From a virus: 34,351 bases of DNA. The notes under the pieces were generated by a model. It saw nothing but the letters and a program-made list of their open reading frames with translations, searched no databases and was not told the DNA's origin. The stretch is taken from IMG/VR virus record IMGVR_UViG_3300045988_172761, positions 1 through 34,351 of that record; one strand, given 5' to 3'. Positions 8,823 through 18,269 of the stretch are shown here, piece by piece (within the stretch, counting starts at the first letter, position 1; every line of letters starts with the position of its first letter). The position numbers were made by a program, and so were the translations under genes.

Positions 8823-8848
8823 GCGTAAGCCCGAAGGAGGAGAAATAG

Positions 8849-9247
8849 ATGAAACTCAGTGACATCAAGGGTGACCGTGTTCTCGACGTCATCGCCGATG
8901 TAATCGACCCCATCGCGAACATGGCGCAGGACAAGGACGTCGCCGATATGTTCAAGCGTAAGGCCGTACCGGAAGGTATGGACGCGCGTGCGTTCTTCGC
9001 TGAGCGTATGCGCAAGGGCCTGCCCGTCCTGCTCAAGAGCCACAAGGCCGACATCATCGCTATCATGGCTGCGATCGAGGGTGTGACCCCTGAAGAGTAT
9101 ACCGATACGCTCGACCTCGCCAAGCTGTTCACCGACACTATGGAGCTTTTAACCGACAACGCATTCCTCGATTTTTTATCATCGTCGAAGACGGAGAAGG
9201 ACGTAGATGCGCCTGGCTCTGCCTCGGCGAATTTAACGGTCCTCTAA
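8849..9247 (+). CDS. tail assembly chaperone (gpG-like)
   Basis: 132 aa acidic protein directly upstream of the TMP, with RBS gaaggaggag. Confidence 0.5.
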   Translation: MKLSDIKGDRVLDVIADVIDPIANMAQDKDVADMFKRKAVPEGMDARAFFAERMRKGLPVLLKSHKADIIAIMAAIEGVTPEEYTDTLDLAKLFTDTMELLTDNAFLDFLSSSKTEKDVDAPGSASANLTVL

Positions 9248-9273
9248 GGGCCGACGTATTCGTCAAGTTCACG

Positions 9274-9468
9274 TTGGCCCGCTATAGGAGAGAACGGGAC
9301 GAGATGATGTTTAAGGTGTACGTCACCGACTCCCTACACCTCATGGGCCAGCATAAGTTTATCGGTCGCCGTTGGTATGACCAAGTACGGCCCAAGGTGT
9401 ATGAAGACATCGACGCCGCCGCTGTGGTGGCGGACGTTACTAAGAGGGCGGGGTTGGTGGTCGTATGA
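9274..9468 (+). CDS. small protein upstream of the tape measure gene (possible second chaperone-like ORF); the real start may be the ATG at 9304
   Basis: The frame is open from 9238. RBS aggaga precedes the ATG at 9304. Its stop overlaps the TMP start as ATGA. No slippery heptamer is present for a G/GT frameshift. Confidence 0.3.
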   Translation: MARYRRERDEMMFKVYVTDSLHLMGQHKFIGRRWYDQVRPKVYEDIDAAAVVADVTKRAGLVVV

Positions 9469-11600
9469 ATTTACTCGACCTCGCCGTCAAGATCACGTGC
9501 GACGACCAGGCGTCTGACGAGGTCGGCAAGATCGGCGACGGCATCAAGAACACATTGGGCACCGCCGCGAAGATCGGCGGCGCCGCGATCGCCGCAGCTG
9601 TCGCCGGGGTGGGCGCACTGACGAAGGCGTCCCTCGACGGCTATGCCGCCTACGAGCAAAATGTCGGCGGCATCCAAAAGCTCTTCGGCAATATGGGCCA
9701 GAGCCTCGAGGACTACGCCGCCATGACCGGTCAGACCACTGAGCAGGCAGCGGCCAAGTGGCAGGCGCTCGAGAACGCCCAGGGTAAGATGCTCCGACAG
9801 GCGAAGAACGCCTACGCCACGGCGGGGATGAGCGCGAACCAGTATATGGAGCAGGCGACTTCGTTCTCGGCCGCGCTCATCAACTCGCTGGGCGGGGACA
9901 CGGAGAAGGCTGCGGCACAGGCGCAGAAGGCCATGGTCGCCATGAGCGACAACGCCAACACCTTCGGTACGTCGATGCAGGATATCCAGTACGCGTACCA
10001 GGGCTTCGCCAAGCAGAACTACACGATGCTGGACAACTTGAAGCTCGGCTACGGCGGCACGCAGGAAGAGATGAAGCGCCTCATCTCAGACGCCAACGAA
10101 TATGCCAAGAGCATCGGGCAGGCCGGCGACCTGAGCATTGACAGTTTCAGTGACATTATCGAGGCAATCGACCTCGTCCAGCAGAAGCAGAACATCGCGG
10201 GCACGACGTCGCGCGAAGCCGCGACCACTATCGAGGGCTCCGTGAACATGATGAAGGCAGCGTGGGAGAACTGGCTCACGGCGCTCGGCTCGGGCGACTG
10301 GGACCTCGGCGAGGAGACTGACAGCCTCGTCGAGTCCATCGAGGCGGTCGCGACCAACGTCATACCGACGGTCGCCGACATCGTTTCGACGCTCATTGGC
10401 GAGATTCCCGGTCTCGTGGCAGTTGTCGGCCCAGAGCTCGCGGACGCACTGCTCGGCATCGTCGACTCGTCGGCGGACGCGCTTCGCAACGCCGCGCCCG
10501 CCGAGTTCGTCGCGGCGGTCGACTGGGTCGCGTCGCAGCTCATGGGGCCGCTCGGCGAGCTAGGTGAGGCGTTCACGTCGGTCTTCGGCGACGCCCTGTC
10601 CGGTGCGGGGGACGTGCTCGGCGGGCTCGCGGCGCAGGCGGGCGAGGTGCTCGTGCCGGCGCTCAGGGACAACCTCATCCCGGCATGCACCAACCTGCTC
10701 GAGGCAATAGAGCCGTTGATGGAGCCGATAGCCAACGTCGCGGGCGTCTTCGGCAACATCCTCGTCGCGGCGATCACCATCTTCGTCGACGCCCTGTCGC
10801 TGGTCATCCAGACCATCTCCGAGGTGATAGTCAGCGTGCAGATGCTCGCTGAGGGCGCGGGCGCCGGCATCGACGCGGCGATCGCCTTCTTCTCGCAGCT
10901 GCCCGGCGCAGTCGAAGGCTTCCTGCAGTCGGTCATCGGCTCGGTAGTCAGCTGGGCCTCCTCGATGTGGTCGCAGGCGTCCGCCGCCGGCAGCGGCTTC
11001 CTGTCGGCCATCGGCTCGTTCCTCTCCGCGCTGCCCGGCAACGTCGCCTCCTGGCTCTCCGGCGCCATCTCGACCGTCGTCGGATGGGTGTCGCAGTTCG
11101 CGAGCAACGCCACGAGTGCGGCGTCGCAGTTCGGCAGCAGGCTGCGCGACGGCCTCGCCGCGATCCCAGGCACGCTGGGCAATATCGGCGCGAACATCGT
11201 GCAGGGCCTCGTGAACGGCGTGCTCGGCGCGGCCCACAACCTCGTCAGCGCGGTCACCGGCGCCGTCGGGGACGCCATCCAGGGCGCGAAGAACCTGCTC
11301 GGCATCAAGTCACCGTCGCGCGTATTCCGCAGGATCGGCCAATACGTCATGCAGGGTGCGGCGCTCGGTGTCGACGACGACGCGGATTTGCTGCTGCAGT
11401 CCACGGACAACGCGATGCGCGGCATGATCTCGACGGCACAAGACATCAAGTACACACCCGATACCGGCAGTGCCGAGACAACGGCCTCGGTCATCGAGTG
11501 GCTTGCCGCGAATCTCGGCGACATAATCGCATCGTATACGCCGTACATCGGCATGAGGGACCTCGGCCGACTCGGGAGGAAGGCGATGGCATATGCGTAG
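9465..11600 (+). CDS. tail tape measure protein
   Basis: 711 aa, Ala/Gly-rich, helical and repetitive, in the position typical of a siphovirus TMP. Confidence 0.85.
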   Translation: MNLLDLAVKITCDDQASDEVGKIGDGIKNTLGTAAKIGGAAIAAAVAGVGALTKASLDGYAAYEQNVGGIQKLFGNMGQSLEDYAAMTGQTTEQAAAKWQALENAQGKMLRQAKNAYATAGMSANQYMEQATSFSAALINSLGGDTEKAAAQAQKAMVAMSDNANTFGTSMQDIQYAYQGFAKQNYTMLDNLKLGYGGTQEEMKRLISDANEYAKSIGQAGDLSIDSFSDIIEAIDLVQQKQNIAGTTSREAATTIEGSVNMMKAAWENWLTALGSGDWDLGEETDSLVESIEAVATNVIPTVADIVSTLIGEIPGLVAVVGPELADALLGIVDSSADALRNAAPAEFVAAVDWVASQLMGPLGELGEAFTSVFGDALSGAGDVLGGLAAQAGEVLVPALRDNLIPACTNLLEAIEPLMEPIANVAGVFGNILVAAITIFVDALSLVIQTISEVIVSVQMLAEGAGAGIDAAIAFFSQLPGAVEGFLQSVIGSVVSWASSMWSQASAAGSGFLSAIGSFLSALPGNVASWLSGAISTVVGWVSQFASNATSAASQFGSRLRDGLAAIPGTLGNIGANIVQGLVNGVLGAAHNLVSAVTGAVGDAIQGAKNLLGIKSPSRVFRRIGQYVMQGAALGVDDDADLLLQSTDNAMRGMISTAQDIKYTPDTGSAETTASVIEWLAANLGDIIASYTPYIGMRDLGRLGRKAMAYA

Positions 11601-12426
11601 CCTTGGCTACACCAGCGCGGTCACGCGCAGGCGCCACGACATGCAGTCAGAGCGCATCGTCGGCGGCGAGCCGAACGCGACGCGTGCGAACAGCTGGGAT
11701 TACAAGGTCGGCTACCGGGATCTGTCCTACGCGGCGCGCAAGGCGCGCAAGGAGACCGTGACGGTCGCGATGCGCGACCTCGCTGCGGCCGACGCCCTGC
11801 GCCTTGCCGCCGACGCAGACCTCGCGTCCATGAGGCCGGGCACACTCGACTTCGACGGCTGGGAGCAGCGCTGCTATATCGCGGGCGTCGAGGTCAAGGC
11901 CGTAAGCGGCGATGCGGCCAGCGTGAAGCTGGAGGTCGTGCTGCTGGACGGCGTCTGGCGCAAGAAAGAGTCCTACGAATTCCGCCCGGGCACAGGGTCC
12001 GGCACAGTCGGCGTAGGCCACGGCTACGCCTACGGTTACGCCTACGGCTATCCCTATAGCGAGGAGACGAGCCGCGAGATCGAGGTCGCGAGCATCGTCG
12101 CGTCTCCCTTCCGGATCATCATCTACGGGCCCGCAGTACGCCCATCAGTGACGGTGGGCGGAAACCGGTATCAAGTCTCGACCGATGTGCCGGACGGCGG
12201 ATATCTGCTTATTGACTCCATCGAGGGCGCCGTGACCAAGGTCGCCAAGAACGGCTACAAGACCAACGCCCTGCCGAACGCCGTGCTCGGCGGCGGCGCG
12301 GGCAGCGGCTCGTACATCTTCGAGGACATTCCGGCCGGCACGTCAACCGTGAGCTACGACGGTAGCTTCGGCTGGGATCTTGAGGTATACCGAGAGGACG
12401 GTGCGGTGCCATGGACCTCTTCGTGA
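11593..12426 (+). CDS. distal tail protein (Dit)
   Basis: 277 aa immediately after the TMP with an overlapping start. Contains a GYAYGYAYGY segment. Its position in the TMP-Dit-Tal order supports the call. Confidence 0.6.
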   Translation: MRSLGYTSAVTRRRHDMQSERIVGGEPNATRANSWDYKVGYRDLSYAARKARKETVTVAMRDLAAADALRLAADADLASMRPGTLDFDGWEQRCYIAGVEVKAVSGDAASVKLEVVLLDGVWRKKESYEFRPGTGSGTVGVGHGYAYGYAYGYPYSEETSREIEVASIVASPFRIIIYGPAVRPSVTVGGNRYQVSTDVPDGGYLLIDSIEGAVTKVAKNGYKTNALPNAVLGGGAGSGSYIFEDIPAGTSTVSYDGSFGWDLEVYREDGAVPWTSS

Positions 12427-13391
12427 CGGATCCGCAGGGGCGAACGGTCTCGCGCCTGCGCTCCTTCGAGCTTGATATGGCGTTCGGCGCCGATGAGAAC
12501 GACTTCGAGTTGTCAGCGCCAAAGGCTTCCGGTATCAAGCCGGGGAGCCGCATCTTCGTGCCGGGTACGGAGTACGGCGGCGTCATATCGATCCTGCGCC
12601 CGGCACGTACGCACTACGGCGACACGATCGCCTACAAGGGCCGCACCTGGCACGGAATCCTTGAGGACCACGTCATCTGCCCGCCGTCGGGCAAGGCGCG
12701 TCTGAGCGTGAGCGGCGACGCGAACGCGGTGCTGCGCCAGCTCGTGCAGGCGATGGGCCTCGGCGACCTCTTCAGCGCTGGAAGCTACGCCGGGATCAAC
12801 GTCTCCGGCGGCTTCCGCTACAAGGCGGGCTACACGGGCATCGTCGGGATGCTGGCGGCGTCTGGGGCGCGCCTCAAGGCGGTGTGGGACACGGCGGCCA
12901 TGAGGTGCGTGCTTTCGGCCGTGCCGGTGAGAGACTGGGGCGACGTGCCCGGTATCTCCGGCTCGACCGTGTACAGCGCCGAGCTGGACTACCGCAAGTA
13001 CAATCACCTCATCGCGCTGGGCAAAGGAGAGGGCGCGTCGCGCACCGTCTACCATCTCTACAGCGACGCCGCCGGGAACATCTCCGAGCACCAGACCATG
13101 ACGGGCCTCGACGAGAGATCTTACGTCTACGACTATAGCAACGCCGAGCTGGACGACCTCAGGGTCAAGGCGCGCGAGAAGCTGACCAAGCTGAGGCAGA
13201 CCGACGCCATCGACGTCGACCTCGACTCGGGCGCGGGCGTGGCCGTGGGCGACACGGTGACCGCGTACTCGCCCGCCGCTGGTGTCTCGACGCGTGGTAC
13301 CGTGACCAAGCTCGTCGTGAAGGTCGAGGACGGACACGCGACGGTCACGCCAGACTTCACGGCGTGGAAGGATGAGAAGGGATTCGAGTAA
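12411..13391 (+). CDS. tail-associated (Tal-like) baseplate protein, short form
   Basis: 326 aa after Dit with an overlapping start, resembling prophage-tail minor structural proteins. Confidence 0.5.
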   Translation: MDLFVTDPQGRTVSRLRSFELDMAFGADENDFELSAPKASGIKPGSRIFVPGTEYGGVISILRPARTHYGDTIAYKGRTWHGILEDHVICPPSGKARLSVSGDANAVLRQLVQAMGLGDLFSAGSYAGINVSGGFRYKAGYTGIVGMLAASGARLKAVWDTAAMRCVLSAVPVRDWGDVPGISGSTVYSAELDYRKYNHLIALGKGEGASRTVYHLYSDAAGNISEHQTMTGLDERSYVYDYSNAELDDLRVKAREKLTKLRQTDAIDVDLDSGAGVAVGDTVTAYSPAAGVSTRGTVTKLVVKVEDGHATVTPDFTAWKDEKGFE

Positions 13392-13401
13392 AGGAGAGAT
13401 C

Positions 13402-13668
13402 ATGTCGGTAACCGAGAACTTGAGCTGTTGGGAGTGCGACCGTTGTGGCGGGCAGCACGGCAGGTACACCGATGACAAGCTATACGTCGTCGGTGACGAC
13501 TGGAAGCAGCTCGGCTGGGAGCGCGTCAGCTACCAGTACGACGACGGGACGACTCGAGAGATTGTGCTCGGGCCGCTCTGTGCCAAGGAGTATCACGACC
13601 AGCGCAAGATGGTCGACTCCGAGATGAGGGCGTTCTTCAACGCCTTCGCCGAGAAGAAGGAGGGCTAA
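13402..13668 (+). CDS. small Cys-containing protein (CxxC..C, possible zinc-binding) within the tail module
   Basis: 88 aa. RBS aaggagag precedes the ATG at 13402. Motif CWECDRCGG ... C. Confidence 0.4.
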   Translation: MSVTENLSCWECDRCGGQHGRYTDDKLYVVGDDWKQLGWERVSYQYDDGTTREIVLGPLCAKEYHDQRKMVDSEMRAFFNAFAEKKEG

Positions 13669-13669
13669 C

Positions 13670-14491
13670 ATGGGCGTCAAGCTAATGACTGGCGCGACCG
13701 GCGAGCAGAACATTCAGGCGGCGGACGACCGCGAGTGCCTGGCGGGCATCACGGGCCGCGACTCCTACGTCTTCCCGACGGGGAGCAAGCTCAAGGCGAC
13801 GCTCGTCGACGCCAACACCGTCACGATCGGCACCGGAGCCGGTAGCCTCCAGGGGTCCCGCTTCCGGTGCTCGACCACGACTACGGTCACCATCCAGAGC
13901 GGCACGCAGGGGCAGTACCGCCGCGACATAATCGGCCTGCGTTTCTCCCGGGAGACGAGCGGCCGCGAGTCGGTGGAGTTCCAGGTGCTCACCGGCGAGC
14001 CGGCGTCGAGCGAGGGCGCGGCGAAGGATCCGGCGTACACAGCAGGCGATCTGCTCAAGGGAGACGCCGAGGCCTTCATGCCCCTCTATCGTGTCAAGCT
14101 GAGCGGCATCAACGCTGCCGACCCCGAGCCGCTGCTCTCCGTCCTCACGCCCCTCGCGGACCTCGGGGATTCCGTATCCCGGGCAGCGAACAAGCTCTAC
14201 CCCGTGAGCTTCATTTACCCCGGAACGACGGTGGACAGGGCCCGCGCCGACGACTACGGCCAGACCATCTCGCTCATGACCAAGGACACGTTCAAGCGCA
14301 TCTGCGGCCGCTACTTCGACCAGTCCAAGGACGTGATCGTGGCGATGAACGGCGACTACGTCTCCCAGAAGACGCTTCACGGCCTACATACGTATTATTC
14401 CCCTGCCTCGGGCGGCATCTGGGCCCGCTTCGAGGGCGTGAGCGTCGGCAGCAACGTGCGCATCAACTGGCTCATCGTGCTCGGGGCCTAG
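13670..14491 (+). CDS. putative tail fiber / receptor-binding protein
   Basis: 273 aa, beta-rich and Thr/Gly/Ser-rich, the last structural gene before the lysis genes. Confidence 0.4.
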   Translation: MGVKLMTGATGEQNIQAADDRECLAGITGRDSYVFPTGSKLKATLVDANTVTIGTGAGSLQGSRFRCSTTTTVTIQSGTQGQYRRDIIGLRFSRETSGRESVEFQVLTGEPASSEGAAKDPAYTAGDLLKGDAEAFMPLYRVKLSGINAADPEPLLSVLTPLADLGDSVSRAANKLYPVSFIYPGTTVDRARADDYGQTISLMTKDTFKRICGRYFDQSKDVIVAMNGDYVSQKTLHGLHTYYSPASGGIWARFEGVSVGSNVRINWLIVLGA

Positions 14492-14577
14492 CTGACCGTG
14501 GTCGGATACTATTTCTGTCAGCATCTCGGTGTCGTGCATGATCTAGCAACAATTGTTGTTTAAGAGGTATCGATTTA

Positions 14578-15015
14578 ATGCTTAACTACGTAATAACGAC
14601 TGCTGTGACCACGATTATGGGCACCGTGATCGGCTGGCTGTTGAACGCGGTCAAAACCAACACCGCGCACTTGCATGACGCGTCGCGCCGTGAACACGAA
14701 GAGCGTGTACAGAATCGCGCTATACTCGGCGAGCTGCTGTTTTACCGGCTCGAGGATCTGCACCGGCGCTTTGTCATCGAAGGGTACCCATGCTCGGCTG
14801 CGGAGAAACAGCAGGTGGACCGGGTGTACCGGCACTACCATGACGAGCTGGGGCTCAACGGCCCCGGCACCCACATGTACGAGGAGATCATGGAGGCGCA
14901 CCAGAGCTACTCGGTCGGCGAGGGGTGGTTGACAACGGCCTCCGCCGGTGCTACAATGCAGGGCAAGGAGATTGACCTAGGAGGTCGAGACAGTGGAGTA
15001 CATGATCCCCGATAA
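14578..15015 (+). CDS. membrane-anchored protein of unknown function upstream of the holin (one N-terminal TM helix)
   Basis: 145 aa. An AT-rich intergenic region precedes it. RBS aagagg. The hydrophobic N-terminus is VITTAVTTIMGTVIGWLL. Confidence 0.4.
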   Translation: MLNYVITTAVTTIMGTVIGWLLNAVKTNTAHLHDASRREHEERVQNRAILGELLFYRLEDLHRRFVIEGYPCSAAEKQQVDRVYRHYHDELGLNGPGTHMYEEIMEAHQSYSVGEGWLTTASAGATMQGKEIDLGGRDSGVHDPR

Positions 15016-15214
15016 GGTATACGCAGTGCTGAAGTGGGTGGGCCTGATCGCCCTGCCCGCCGTCGCCGCGTTCACCGGCACCGTGGGCATGGCCCTCGGG
15101 TGGGAGTATACGGACGTGGCCGTGACGGTTATCACCGCCACCGGCACCCTGGTGGGTGCGCTGCTTGGCGTGTCCACGGCCAGGGCCAGGGTCACCGCGA
15201 GCAAGGAGAAGTAG
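15002..15214 (+). CDS. holin (two TM helices)
   Basis: ~70 aa with two hydrophobic helices and a charged C-terminus, directly before the endolysin. Its stop is immediately followed by the endolysin RBS. Confidence 0.65.
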   Translation: MIPDKVYAVLKWVGLIALPAVAAFTGTVGMALGWEYTDVAVTVITATGTLVGALLGVSTARARVTASKEK

Positions 15215-15216
15215 CA

Positions 15217-16251
15217 ATGGCGCTTAAGTTCATCGACATCTCCAACTGGCAGGCCGGGCTCAACGTCGCCTCTGTGGCCCGCAACGGCGGGCTCGGGGGC
15301 GTGATCGTCAAGGCCACCGAAGGCCTCGGCTACGTCGACAAGTGTTGCGACACGTTCATCCAGCAGGCCGTGGCTGGGGGCATCCCGTTCGGCTTCTACC
15401 ACTTCGCCCGCAACAACGACGCCTCTGCTGAGGCGGAGTTCTTCCGCAACAACACGAGGGGCTACGAGGGCAGGGGCATCCCCGTCCTCGACTGGGAGGC
15501 GGGCCAGTCCGTCGCATGGGTCAATAAGTTCGTCGAGCATTACCACGCGTTGACCGGCGTGTGGCCTTGGGTGTACGCCAACGCTTGGCGCTTCAATCAG
15601 GGCACCGTCAACACCAACTGCGGCCGTTGGATCGCCGGCTACCCGTCTAACGGCATTACGGACATCAATTTCGGCATGAGCAACCCGTTCCCCTACGCCG
15701 TGAACGGCGGCGGGGTCTGTGCTTGGCAGTTCAGCTCCAGCGTCCGCATCGGCGGGTTTGGCGGCAACCTGGACGGCAACGTGTTCTACGGCGACGCCTC
15801 GGCGTGGGCCAAGTACGCCGGCGGCGATGGAACGCCTAGCGCCCCGACGGCTCCTAGTACCGCTAACGCCCCCTCCGGCTCCACGCTGGAGCTTGCCGTG
15901 GCGGCCATGCAGGGCAGGTACGGCAACGGCGACGCTCGTAAGTCGGCTCTTGGCTCTCGTTACAACGAGGTTCAGGACTTCATCAACCACATTCAGGCGG
16001 CCTCGACGCAGACGCTCGCCGACGAGGTGTGGCAGGGCAGATATGGCAACGGCGACGCTCGTCGGGCCGTCCTGGGCGATCGGTACGACGAGGTCATGGC
16101 CGTAGTCAATGGCGGTGGCAAGACCGTGGACCAGCTCGCGCAGGAGGTAATCCGTGGCGAGTGGGGAAACAACCCCAAGCGCCGACAGCGACTGAAGGCC
16201 GCAGGATACGACTACGACGCGGTGCAGGCGCGAGTCAACCAGTTGGTGTGA
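15217..16251 (+). CDS. endolysin: GH25 muramidase with three C-terminal Cpl-7-type cell-wall-binding repeats
   Basis: 344 aa. The GH25-like N-terminus reads FIDISNWQ ... GFYHFA. Three repeats of the form GRYGNGDARxxxLGxRYxEVxxxVN follow a Pro/Ala/Ser linker. RBS aaggagaag. Confidence 0.85.
   Translation: MALKFIDISNWQAGLNVASVARNGGLGGVIVKATEGLGYVDKCCDTFIQQAVAGGIPFGFYHFARNNDASAEAEFFRNNTRGYEGRGIPVLDWEAGQSVAWVNKFVEHYHALTGVWPWVYANAWRFNQGTVNTNCGRWIAGYPSNGITDINFGMSNPFPYAVNGGGVCAWQFSSSVRIGGFGGNLDGNVFYGDASAWAKYAGGDGTPSAPTAPSTANAPSGSTLELAVAAMQGRYGNGDARKSALGSRYNEVQDFINHIQAASTQTLADEVWQGRYGNGDARRAVLGDRYDEVMAVVNGGGKTVDQLAQEVIRGEWGNNPKRRQRLKAAGYDYDAVQARVNQLV
15886..16248 (+). repeat. three tandem Cpl-7-like repeats (~35-40 aa each) in the endolysin C-terminus
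   Basis: The repeat is visible at both protein and nucleotide level (cagggcaggtacggcaacggcgacgctcg occurs twice). Confidence 0.7.
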
Positions 16252-16311
16252 TCGACGCGGGTGGCTGGATGCCGCCCGCTCTCGTGTAGGCCCGAAGGAA
16301 GGAGAGCGGAG

Positions 16312-16710
16312 ATGCCCATGAGTCCGTTCCAGTATCCGCAGTACGGGGTGCCGGGGTTCCAGCCCCAGACCATGCAGCAGATGGTCGGACAGGGGTACTC
16401 CCCCGCGCCCTCCTTCCACCCTCAGCCCGGGATCTCCGGGAGGGTCGTCACGGGCCCAGGCGAGATCCAGGTGCAGGAGGTGCCGACAGACGGCACCGTG
16501 GCCTGGTTCCCCGCCGCCGACGGCTCATGCGTGTGGGGCAAGCGGTGGACCCCCGATGGCAGCATCCAGACCGTCCGCTACGTGGCGGAGGCCCAGGAGG
16601 CCGCCCCGCAGGCGGACCCTGTGGCACAGATCGACGCCAAGCTCGACCGCGCCCTGTCCATGCTGGACCACATCCTAGGGGAGGACGATCCCGATGCCGG
16701 GCAGCGCTAG
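16312..16710 (+). CDS. hypothetical protein (Pro/Gln-rich N-terminus)
   Basis: RBS aaggagag precedes the ATG at 16312. 132 aa. Confidence 0.4.
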   Translation: MPMSPFQYPQYGVPGFQPQTMQQMVGQGYSPAPSFHPQPGISGRVVTGPGEIQVQEVPTDGTVAWFPAADGSCVWGKRWTPDGSIQTVRYVAEAQEAAPQADPVAQIDAKLDRALSMLDHILGEDDPDAGQR

Positions 16711-16903
16711 AGACTTCGCCCTGGGTCTGCTGGGGCACATGCCCCAGGTCGCCAACAACCCGAACGCCCAGAGTATGGTAGACGTCATTCGAAGCGGCGA
16801 CTCCAAGAGGGGCGAGCAGATCGCCCGCAACCTGTGCGACACCTATGGCGTCAAGCCTGAGGACGCGGTGCGCCAGGCCCAGCAGTTCTTCCACATCCAG
16901 TGA
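16694..16903 (+). CDS. hypothetical small protein
   Basis: 69 aa, with a start overlapping the upstream stop. Confidence 0.35.
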   Translation: MPGSARDFALGLLGHMPQVANNPNAQSMVDVIRSGDSKRGEQIARNLCDTYGVKPEDAVRQAQQFFHIQ

Positions 16904-16980
16904 ACCATGGCGCGGAGAGCGCGCTTACCTATAGGACCCGCGACATGGGAGTAGTGTATTCCGAGAGGAAGGAATGAACC

Positions 16981-17802
16981 ATGTTCAGCAACTCTCCGAG
17001 CATCGCGGACATCGCCGCCGTGACCGACGGCAACCGCAACTCCGGCGGGTGGGGCGACGGTAACGGGTGGTGGGTGCTCATCATCCTGTTCGCCCTGTTC
17101 GGCTGGGGCGGCAACCGTGGCTTCGGCGGCGGCAACACCGGCGATTGTACGTTCAACGGAGGCGTCCCGAACGGCTTCGCGCTCGCGACCGACTTCGCGT
17201 CGCTCGAGCGCAAGATGGACGGCGTCAACAACGGCCTGTGCGACGGCTTCTATGCGACCGCGAACGGCATGAACACCGGCTTCGCCGCCGTCCAGAACGC
17301 ACTCTGCCAGGGCTTCAGCGGCGTCAACCAGGCTGTCGTGTCGCAGGGCTACGAGTCCCGCCTCGGCACGCAGGCGCTCCAGGCCCAGCTCGCCCAGTGC
17401 TGCTGCGACACGCAGGCCGCGATCCAGGCGAACACGACCCAGGGCGTCATGAACACGAACGCCGTCCAGCAGCAGGTCGCGTCTTGCTGCTGCGAGCAGG
17501 AGAAGCAGGCCATGCAGACCCGCTTCGACATGGCGCAGAACCAGTGCGCCACCCTCCAGGCCATCGACAAGGTGGGCGATCGCATCGTCGACTACATGGC
17601 CCAGGAGAAGATGCAGGCGCTCCGCGACGAGAACCAGGCCCTGCGCCTGGCCGCGTCCCAGAGCCAGCAGAACCAGTACCTGGTCGACCAGCTGCGTCCC
17701 TGCCCGCAGCCCGCGTACATCACGAGCAACCCGTGGGGCGCTAACGGCTACGGCGGATACGGGTATGGCGGGTGCTGCGGCACCGGCTGCGGCTGCAACT
17801 AG
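16981..17802 (+). CDS. membrane-anchored Gly/Cys-rich protein with CCC triplets and a C-terminal GYGGYGYGGCCGTGCGCN tail; function unknown
   Basis: 273 aa. RBS gaggaagg. One TM helix (WWVLIILFALFGW). Two CCC motifs (AQCCCD, SCCCEQ) sit within a Gln-rich predicted coiled region. The C-terminal Gly/Tyr/Cys tail is unusual. Confidence 0.5.
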   Translation: MFSNSPSIADIAAVTDGNRNSGGWGDGNGWWVLIILFALFGWGGNRGFGGGNTGDCTFNGGVPNGFALATDFASLERKMDGVNNGLCDGFYATANGMNTGFAAVQNALCQGFSGVNQAVVSQGYESRLGTQALQAQLAQCCCDTQAAIQANTTQGVMNTNAVQQQVASCCCEQEKQAMQTRFDMAQNQCATLQAIDKVGDRIVDYMAQEKMQALRDENQALRLAASQSQQNQYLVDQLRPCPQPAYITSNPWGANGYGGYGYGGCCGTGCGCN

Positions 17803-17810
17803 CGGACACC

Positions 17811-17843
17811 GGCGCGCGGGGCGGGAGCACCTCCCGCGCGCCG
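17811..17843 (+). terminator. GC-rich hairpin (10-bp stem ggcgcgcggg / cccgcgcgcc) after the Cys-rich protein gene; intrinsic terminator-like but without a T-tract
   Basis: The inverted repeat was verified in the sequence. Confidence 0.3.
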
Positions 17844-17863
17844 CCGTATGAGAGGAGAGGAAG

Positions 17864-18259
17864 ATGATCGTTCTGTCGAGCCCGACAGCCCAGACGATCC
17901 AGCCGGGCGCTGCGGCCACGTTCGCCAACTGCGTCATGCACACCGGCTGCGGCGAGTACCACCGCGCGGGTTCTGGGTCCGTGCGGCTCCGCTGCGGCGT
18001 GTACGCCCTCGAGTTCACCGGCAACGTGGGCGGGGCCGCCGGCACGCAGCCCAACCTGGTGATCGCCGTGGACGGCGAGCCGCTGCCGGAGACCACAATG
18101 ACCGCCACCGCCGCCCTGGGCACCGACGTGTACAACGTGCACGCCAGCACCAAGTTCTGCAGCCGCTTCAACGGCGCGTCCGTTACCGTGGTCAACGCCG
18201 GCACCACGCCGGTGACGCTCGCGGCCAACCCCGCGCTGGTGATCAAGCGCGAGTCGTGA
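17864..18259 (+). CDS. beta-rich protein resembling a BclA-C-terminal / C1q-TNF-like jelly-roll domain (tentative)
   Basis: 131 aa. RBS gagaggagagg. Alternating Val/Thr/Asn/Ala-rich strands with a C-terminal ...VNAGTTPVTLAANPALVIKRES. Confidence 0.35.
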   Translation: MIVLSSPTAQTIQPGAAATFANCVMHTGCGEYHRAGSGSVRLRCGVYALEFTGNVGGAAGTQPNLVIAVDGEPLPETTMTATAALGTDVYNVHASTKFCSRFNGASVTVVNAGTTPVTLAANPALVIKRES

Positions 18260-18269
18260 GGAGGACGCG

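Noticed and set aside
8849-9468. Programmed -1 frameshift (G/GT-type) between the chaperone ORF and the following small ORF
   Set aside because: The -1 frame is open only from 9238, and the last codons of the chaperone (acg gtc ctc taa) contain no XXXYYYZ slippery heptamer. The downstream ORF has its own RBS and ATG at 9304.
14940-14960. gctacaatgc element inside gene 14578..15015 as an internal promoter for the holin and endolysin
   Set aside because: It lacks the TG extension and a -35, and it lies within coding sequence. It cannot be distinguished from chance.
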